A stretch of 64,000 nt of DNA from assembly GCA_045545475.1 (NCBI GenBank), contig JAZQAZ010000008.1, positions 122,691 to 186,690 of the forward strand. Reading direction: 5' to 3'. Below, in pieces: positions 58,100-64,000 of the stretch. The first letter of the stretch is position 1. The number at the start of each line of letters is the position of its first letter. The DNA is from Clostridia bacterium (GTDB lineage Bacteria > Bacillota > Clostridia > CAKSNL01 > HGM11501). Below the pieces are notes generated by a model, which searched no databases, had not been told where the DNA came from, and worked only from the letters and a program-made list of their open reading frames with translations. Made by a program: the position numbers and the translations under genes.

Positions 58100-59035
58100 T
58101 TATTTATTCTTTATTGCATCCTTTGCGGCAGCGGCTATATCTTCTGCTGTCATACCGTAAAGCTTTAAGAGCTCTGCCGGCTTACCGCTTCTGCCGAACT
58201 TATCCTGTACTCCAATTTTACGGAGGATTGCAGGAGCTTTTTCGGCCAATACATCCGCAACCGCTGTTCCGAGACCGCCGATCACGCTGTGGTCTTCAAC
58301 AGTTACGATTGCACCGGTTTCTTTTGAAGCCTTAACGATAATTTCATCGTCGATAGGCTTAATGGATGCCATATTTATTACTCTTGCAGAAATTCCTTCT
58401 GCTTTAAGCAATTCAGAAGCTTCTAAAGATGCTGTTGCCATAAGACCTGTTGTGATTATCGTAACGTCGGTTCCTTCCTTTAACTCTTGAGCCTTTCCAA
58501 GCTCAAACTTGAATGTTTCGGCATCAAAAATATCTTCTGATGCGAGACGGCAGAATCTTAAGTAAACAGGGCCTTTATACTGAATTGCAAATTCAACTGC
58601 AGCTTTAGCTTCAACTGCATCTGCGGGATTGATTACAACCATACCTGGAATTGAACGCATTAAAGCGATGTCTTCAAGACATTGATGTGTTGCTCCGTCT
58701 TCACCAACTGTAATACCGGCGTGAGTTGCACCGATTTTTACGTTAAGATGAGGATAACCAACAGAGTTTCTTATCTGTTCATATGCTCTTCCTGCCGCGA
58801 ACATTGCAAAAGAGCTTGCAAAAACAGTTTTTCCTGTTGATGCAATACCTGCTGCAACACTTATCATATTTGCTTCTGCGATACCCGTATCAAAGAAACG
58901 GTCAGGATAAGCCTTTTTGAAAATACCGGTTTTTGTTGCTTCTGCAAGGTCAGCATCCAAAACCACGTAGTCATACTTCTCGGCAAATTCTCTTAAAGCC
59001 TCACCGTAAGCTTCTCTTGTTGCCTTTTTAGCCAT
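58100..59035 (-). CDS. tkt: Transketolase, C-terminal subunit
   Basis: GIAEANM, GEDGATHQ and EDHSVIGGLG motifs. Confidence 0.92.
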   Translation of the reverse strand: MAKKATREAYGEALREFAEKYDYVVLDADLAEATKTGIFKKAYPDRFFDTGIAEANMISVAAGIASTGKTVFASSFAMFAAGRAYEQIRNSVGYPHLNVKIGATHAGITVGEDGATHQCLEDIALMRSIPGMVVINPADAVEAKAAVEFAIQYKGPVYLRFCRLASEDIFDAETFKFELGKAQELKEGTDVTIITTGLMATASLEASELLKAEGISARVINMASIKPIDDEIIVKASKETGAIVTVEDHSVIGGLGTAVADVLAEKAPAILRKIGVQDKFGRSGKPAELLKLYGMTAEDIAAAAKDAIKNK

Positions 59036-59050
59036 TATCCTTCCCCTCCT

Positions 59051-59881
59051 TTAGCTAAGCTTTGCAAGATATGCATCAAGCTCTTGTATTGCTGTGTTGT
59101 ACTGTTCTTCGTTGGGCGCTTTTCCGTGCCATTCAACGGAATTTTCCATATAGGATACACCCTTGCCCTTTGTGGTATTCATAATAACCGCAGTGGGCTT
59201 GTCCTTGGTTTCTTTAGCATTTTTAATAGCCGCTCTTATCTCGTCATAGTTATGACCGTCAATTACAACCACATTCCAGCCGAAGGCCTCGTACTTCTTG
59301 TCGATGGGCGAAGAATTCATAACGTCCTTTGTTGCACCGTCAATCTGAAGACCGTTTACGTCAACAAAGATGCAAAGATTATCAAGCTTATAATGGCTTG
59401 CGTACATTGCCGCTTCCCATACCTGACCTTCTTCAATTTCACCGTCACCAAGTACGGCGTATACTCTGTAATCGTTTTTATAAATCTTACCGGAAAGTGC
59501 CATACCGCAAGCGGCAGAAACACCCATACCAAGTGAGCCTGTTGACATATCAACACCGGGAACACCTTTCATATCGGGATGTCCCTGAAGGTAACTATCT
59601 GTATGACGGAAGGTTTTAAGGTCTTCTTTTGGGAAAAAGCCTCTCTCTGCAAGTGCGCCGTAAAGAGCGGGACTGCAATGTCCCTTTGAAAGAACAAATC
59701 TGTCCCTGTCCTCCTTCTTGGGATTTTCAGGATCAATGTTCATTTCCTCAAAATAAAGAACCGCCATAAGGTCAGCTATGGAAAGCGAACCGCCCGGGTG
59801 GCCGGCTGCCGCATGATATACTGCCGTTACAGCGTTTTTTCTAATGTTGTATGCTATTTTTTCAAGTTCTCTGTTCTGCAA
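59051..59881 (-). CDS. tkt: Transketolase, N-terminal subunit
   Basis: GHPGGSLS, LSKGH, LQGHP, STGSLG and GDGE motifs; TTG start after AAGGAG. Confidence 0.92.
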   Translation of the reverse strand: MQNRELEKIAYNIRKNAVTAVYHAAAGHPGGSLSIADLMAVLYFEEMNIDPENPKKEDRDRFVLSKGHCSPALYGALAERGFFPKEDLKTFRHTDSYLQGHPDMKGVPGVDMSTGSLGMGVSAACGMALSGKIYKNDYRVYAVLGDGEIEEGQVWEAAMYASHYKLDNLCIFVDVNGLQIDGATKDVMNSSPIDKKYEAFGWNVVVIDGHNYDEIRAAIKNAKETKDKPTAVIMNTTKGKGVSYMENSVEWHGKAPNEEQYNTAIQELDAYLAKLS

Positions 59882-60038
59882 TTCAAACCGCTCCTTCTCG
59901 CATATGTATTTCGATAACAAGTATACCACACATTTACATTTATTTCAAGCTATTTTATGATAATAATAAATTATTTTTCAGTTGATTTTTAATTATTCAG
60001 ATGTTATAATGTGAAAAAACAAAAAGGAGTGTTTTAAT

Positions 60039-62132
60039 ATGGAAAAAGATTTTTGCCGCTATGCCGATGTATTTTACGGTAATGGTGAAGTTGACAATTT
60101 CCCCGAAAACGGTCCTGCTTCAAAATGGTTTTATATAAAGGCAATATGTGGAAACACCACTCCCCACGCCGTGCTTCCCTTCGGCAAGATGTCGGCAGGA
60201 GCATATAGCGGCGGATATCCTACAGGCTACGGCAACCATTGCCCCAATTCCTGTGGAGGTATATATAAGATAAGCGAAAAGCAGATGATACGAGGCTTTT
60301 CCCATCTGCATCAGTCCGGTACCGGAGCAATCGGATTTTATTATAACTACGCAATAGTAACGCCGTTTTACGGAGATATAAAAAACATAACGGAATTTCA
60401 TGAAAACACAAACGAAAAAGCCGTTCCCGGCTTCTATTCAACGGATTTCAATGATGTTTCCTGCTCTTTAACCGTAAACAGTTCGACAGCTTATCATTTG
60501 TATAAATTCAAAAATCCGCGCGGGCGTGTTGCAGTTGATTTTTCCAATAACGGAATATTAAAGAAATTAGGAACAGCATATAACTCTTCGATAGAAGAGG
60601 CATCATTGAAACTTACTCAGAAAGGTGAGGTTCTCTTTGAAGCGGTGCTTTCCGGAGTAAAGCTTTATTTTGCCGTTAAAGCAGAAGGCCGCTATGTAAG
60701 ATGTGAGCTGTTTGAAAATTTATGCGAAACAATTTCTGATTCCTTATCTGTCAGTGATGTATCCGAAAGCTTCGGTGCGGTTTTCGATTTTTTTGGGGAT
60801 GAAATCACCTTAAAAGTTTCTTATTCTACAATAAGCTCTGCCAAAGCTCTTGAAAATATAAATAACAGCACTGAATCATTTTCAGAAACGGCAGAAAAAG
60901 CCTATAAAATATGGAACGGATATCTTTCAAGGATAGCCATAGAAACTGACGATGAAGAGTTAAAAGAGAAGTTTTATTCAAACCTTTATCACAGTCTTAT
61001 TAAACCTGTAGATATGTCGGGAGAAGAGCTACTTGGAATAAAAAATGAGCTCGTAACGGATTTTGCTACGCTGTGGGATCAGTATAAAACATCCCTTCCG
61101 CTTATCATGGCATTTTATCCCGATATGGCGGAAAAGATTGCAAAAGCACTGATTAATACAAGCGAAACCTTAGGAAGAATCCCCTGCTCCATAGTTCTTG
61201 CCGACAAATTTCCTTGCGAAGAGCAGGCAAAGATGCTGGGAATCATAACTCTTATTAACGCCTGCCACTATGGGGTAAAAGGAATTGACAAAAAAACTGT
61301 TACAGATTGTATAAGACGGGAGCTTTCACTTGACTCGAATAAAGAATTTATTAAAAACGGTACTTTTGAAAGGGCGACTCACATACTCGATATGACCGAT
61401 GCCTGTATATGTACTTTTGATATTACAGATGATGAATCACTTAAAACCGAACTTTTGCACCTTGCATCAAACTGGATTAATGCATATGATAAAAAAGACG
61501 GACTTTTAACCGAAAATTCGATATATTACGAAGGTGACCGTTACACCTACTCTTTCAGACTTCATAAATATATGGAGGAGCGTGTAAAGCTTGCAGGCGG
61601 AAAGGAAAGTTTTTCCGGACTCCTTGATGACTTTTTCGGATTCGGAAAAGAAAGTCTTAAACAGATAACATATCAGGGTGCTGACAGGGAAATATCAGAA
61701 ACTGCTTACCACCGTTTCCAGGGCTTTAATAACGAATGTGACTTAGAAGCACCATATGCATACATATATGCAGGAAGGCACGACAGATTATGTGAAATAA
61801 TCCACGCGTGCGTTACCGACTCTTATAAAACCGGCAAAGGCGGACTTCCCGGAAATAATGATTCCGGCGGACTTTCTGCCTGCTTTGTATGGAATGCTCT
61901 CGGTCTCTTCTCTGTTCCGGGTACCGGAGAATTCCTTTTGGGCTCTCCTCATATTAAAAAAGCCGAAATAAAGCTTTCAAGCGGAAATGATCTTTTCATC
62001 ACTGCAGATAATTTATCACCTGAAAATTATCAGGTTGAATCCATTGCCTTTAACGGAAAAACAATCGAAAACTATACCCTTTCTGCAAAAGAACTTATGC
62101 AAGGCGGAAAACTGGAATTCAAGATGAAATAA
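60039..62132 (+). CDS. GH92 (alpha-mannosidase-like) glycoside hydrolase
   Basis: PHAVLPFG, GFSHLHQSGTG, LWDQYK, NNECD and PGNNDSGGLSA motifs. Confidence 0.82.
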   Translation: MEKDFCRYADVFYGNGEVDNFPENGPASKWFYIKAICGNTTPHAVLPFGKMSAGAYSGGYPTGYGNHCPNSCGGIYKISEKQMIRGFSHLHQSGTGAIGFYYNYAIVTPFYGDIKNITEFHENTNEKAVPGFYSTDFNDVSCSLTVNSSTAYHLYKFKNPRGRVAVDFSNNGILKKLGTAYNSSIEEASLKLTQKGEVLFEAVLSGVKLYFAVKAEGRYVRCELFENLCETISDSLSVSDVSESFGAVFDFFGDEITLKVSYSTISSAKALENINNSTESFSETAEKAYKIWNGYLSRIAIETDDEELKEKFYSNLYHSLIKPVDMSGEELLGIKNELVTDFATLWDQYKTSLPLIMAFYPDMAEKIAKALINTSETLGRIPCSIVLADKFPCEEQAKMLGIITLINACHYGVKGIDKKTVTDCIRRELSLDSNKEFIKNGTFERATHILDMTDACICTFDITDDESLKTELLHLASNWINAYDKKDGLLTENSIYYEGDRYTYSFRLHKYMEERVKLAGGKESFSGLLDDFFGFGKESLKQITYQGADREISETAYHRFQGFNNECDLEAPYAYIYAGRHDRLCEIIHACVTDSYKTGKGGLPGNNDSGGLSACFVWNALGLFSVPGTGEFLLGSPHIKKAEIKLSSGNDLFITADNLSPENYQVESIAFNGKTIENYTLSAKELMQGGKLEFKMK

Positions 62133-62152
62133 AACACAATGGAGTTGATCAA

Positions 62153-63520
62153 ATGAAAGTTACTTTTTACGTAACCGACCAAAGCGGAAAAAGACTTACG
62201 AAAACCATTGAAGATAATATGCAGTATAAAAATACCGATATAATAGAAGAACAGGGCCATCCGGGAGATGTTGAATCTCGTCTTATTAACATTCACAGCG
62301 ATGTTGAACTTCAGACCTATGGCGGTATGGGCGGTGCCTTCAGCGATACAGCCGCAGCCGTATGGTCGGCTATGCCCGAAGATAAAAAATCGGAACTCGA
62401 AAAGGCATACTTTGACAAAAAGGAAGGTATCGGCTACACTCTCGGAAGACTTAGCATAGGAAGCTGTGACTTTTCGACAGAGGATTATACCTATGTTGAA
62501 GAGGGCGACGAAACTCTTGACACCTTTGACATTTCTCACGATAAAAAAGCGGTTTTCCCTTTTATCAAGGCGGCAGAAAAATATACAGAACTCACTTTGT
62601 TTTCATCACCCTGGTCTCCCCCTTCCTATATGAAAACAAATAATTCAAGAATCGGCGGACACCTTAAAAAGGAATGTTATCCTCTTTGGGCTAAGTATTT
62701 CAGAAAGTATATTGAATCATGCAAAGAAAACGGGATTAACATCTGGGGCGTAACAATGCAAAATGAGCCGAGGCATCATCAGATATGGGAGTCCTGCCTC
62801 TATACACCCGAGGAAGAAGCGGCTTTTTTAGGCTATCTCGGTAAAGAGCTTGAAGGAAGCGGCGTGAAAATTCTTTGCTATGATCATTGCAGAGAAAGAG
62901 TTTACGAAAGAGCAAAGGCGATTTTAGAAAGCGACAACGGAAAATACTGTGACGGAATTGCATATCACTGGTACTCGGGCGACCACTTTGGTGAGCTTAA
63001 AGCATTCAATGCAAAATATCCCGATAAAATAAGCATCGAAAGCGAAGGATGCCGTGCTATCCCGGGAAGCGGAATAAAAGAAGAATACAATCTGGAATTT
63101 GCCGAATACTATGCCCACGATATATCAGGATGCTTCAATAACGGAACACATTATTTCTGCGACTGGAATCTTTTAATTGACGAAAATAACGGTCCCTTCC
63201 ATAACAGAGAAGGCAGAGGATGCTCCGTCGATGCCCCCGTTTACTACAATAAAGATACGAACGAACTTGTATACAGACTATCATATTATTACATCGGCCA
63301 TTACAGTAAATTTGTTGTGCCCGGTGCAAAGGTTGTTGCATCAAGCTCTTATAATCACAATGTTGAAGGCGTTGCATTCAAAAATCCCGACGGAACAGTG
63401 GTTTTGGTACTTCTTAACAGAACTAACCAAAATATCCCCTGCATCGTAAGAATGGACGGGTATATCAAAGAATATAACCTGGATGCTCACTCCATTGTAA
63501 CGGCGGTAATAGAGAGATAA
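62153..63520 (+). CDS. GH30 glycoside hydrolase (glucosylceramidase-like)
   Basis: GMGGAFSD, IGSCDFS, SPWSPPSYMK, QNEP, YHWY, SEGC and DWNL motifs. Confidence 0.9.
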   Translation: MKVTFYVTDQSGKRLTKTIEDNMQYKNTDIIEEQGHPGDVESRLINIHSDVELQTYGGMGGAFSDTAAAVWSAMPEDKKSELEKAYFDKKEGIGYTLGRLSIGSCDFSTEDYTYVEEGDETLDTFDISHDKKAVFPFIKAAEKYTELTLFSSPWSPPSYMKTNNSRIGGHLKKECYPLWAKYFRKYIESCKENGINIWGVTMQNEPRHHQIWESCLYTPEEEAAFLGYLGKELEGSGVKILCYDHCRERVYERAKAILESDNGKYCDGIAYHWYSGDHFGELKAFNAKYPDKISIESEGCRAIPGSGIKEEYNLEFAEYYAHDISGCFNNGTHYFCDWNLLIDENNGPFHNREGRGCSVDAPVYYNKDTNELVYRLSYYYIGHYSKFVVPGAKVVASSSYNHNVEGVAFKNPDGTVVLVLLNRTNQNIPCIVRMDGYIKEYNLDAHSIVTAVIER

Positions 63521-63558
63521 AAAAAGAATCGTAAGCTTTCGCTTACGATTCTTTTTTT
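63519..63558. terminator. Bidirectional terminator
   Basis: AAAAAAGAATCGTAAGC-TTTC-GCTTACGATTCTTTTTTT. Confidence 0.88.
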
Positions 63559-63784
63559 ACAAATTGTTTTCATAGTCCGAAGCATTAATTATAATTCTCT
63601 TACAACCTGGGCAGCATTCGCTTTCAATATGGTTAGGCGAAAACAACGGAACATCTAATTTAAGAGCATATTTTTCTTTACTGTCCGGTAGTGTGCTTAT
63701 TTTGTGTTTTCTCTCGCTCCAGATTGCATTACCGCAATTAAGATATCCGTTAATCATTTCTGTATTACAAAAAGGACACTTCAT
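63557..63784 (-). CDS. Small Zn-finger protein (PF20097/DUF6487-like)
   Basis: MKCPFC..EM..GY and CPGCKRII; AAGGAG RBS. Confidence 0.75.
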   Translation of the reverse strand: MKCPFCNTEMINGYLNCGNAIWSERKHKISTLPDSKEKYALKLDVPLFSPNHIESECCPGCKRIIINASDYENNL

Positions 63785-63815
63785 ACTATCAACTCCTTTT
63801 ATATATTGGGATTTG

Positions 63816-64000
63816 TCAGTTTATTTCTTTGCCACAGTATGGACAGTATTTTCCAAAAGAAGTTTTTATCCTTCCACAATGCGGGCAGCGATTTGAAATT
63901 TTCAAACAGATAAGCGATGTGAAAAAGACCGCAAATGAACCATATCCTATATATGCTTCCGTAATAAAATCATAGTTGTTATCAAGTATTTTCAAGCCGA
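63816..64000 (-). CDS. Membrane protein with C-terminal double zinc ribbon (partial, 5' end outside window)
   Basis: Manual translation gives ...YIGYGSFAVFFTSLICLKISNRCPHCGRIKTSFGKYCPYCGKEIN*. Confidence 0.7.
   Translation of the reverse strand, partial: GLKILDNNYDFITEAYIGYGSFAVFFTSLICLKISNRCPHCGRIKTSFGKYCPYCGKEIN

Noticed and set aside
1-64000. CRISPR arrays, rRNA/tRNA genes, IS elements, riboswitches
   Set aside because: All intergenic gaps are under about 200 bp and are accounted for by promoters and terminators; no spaced repeats, cloverleafs or transposase ORFs were seen.

Overview
A 64-kb, AT-rich chromosomal segment from a Clostridia-type (Bacillota) anaerobe. This assignment is inferred from gene content and sigma-A promoter/RBS style. 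Housekeeping blocks (smc-ftsY, recJ-apt-rel-hemZ, ppi-gap, serS, tkt-pcrA, cmk-plsC-ispH/rpsA, pgm) alternate with carbohydrate-use genes (GH35, GH10, GH106-like, GH92, GH30, three AraC regulators). No rRNA, tRNA, CRISPR array, IS or prophage was seen. Five features stand out. (1) Gene orientation flips from mostly + to mostly - at about 47-48 kb. At that point a lone XerS-like tyrosine recombinase lies about 50 bp from a near-perfect 28-bp palindrome resembling difSL, a candidate single-recombinase chromosome-dimer-resolution system at the replication terminus of a clostridial genome. (2) An uncharacterised glycyl-radical enzyme has an atypical GCHW thiyl loop and sits in an operon of sugar isomerases, epimerases and oxidoreductases. 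(3) serS is interrupted by an in-frame TAA within a small cluster of substitutions. (4) The ispH-rpsA fusion has a strong internal RBS and in-frame ATG. (5) Several candidate operator repeats are present. All calls are by eye from the sequence and ORF track; no database searches were run.
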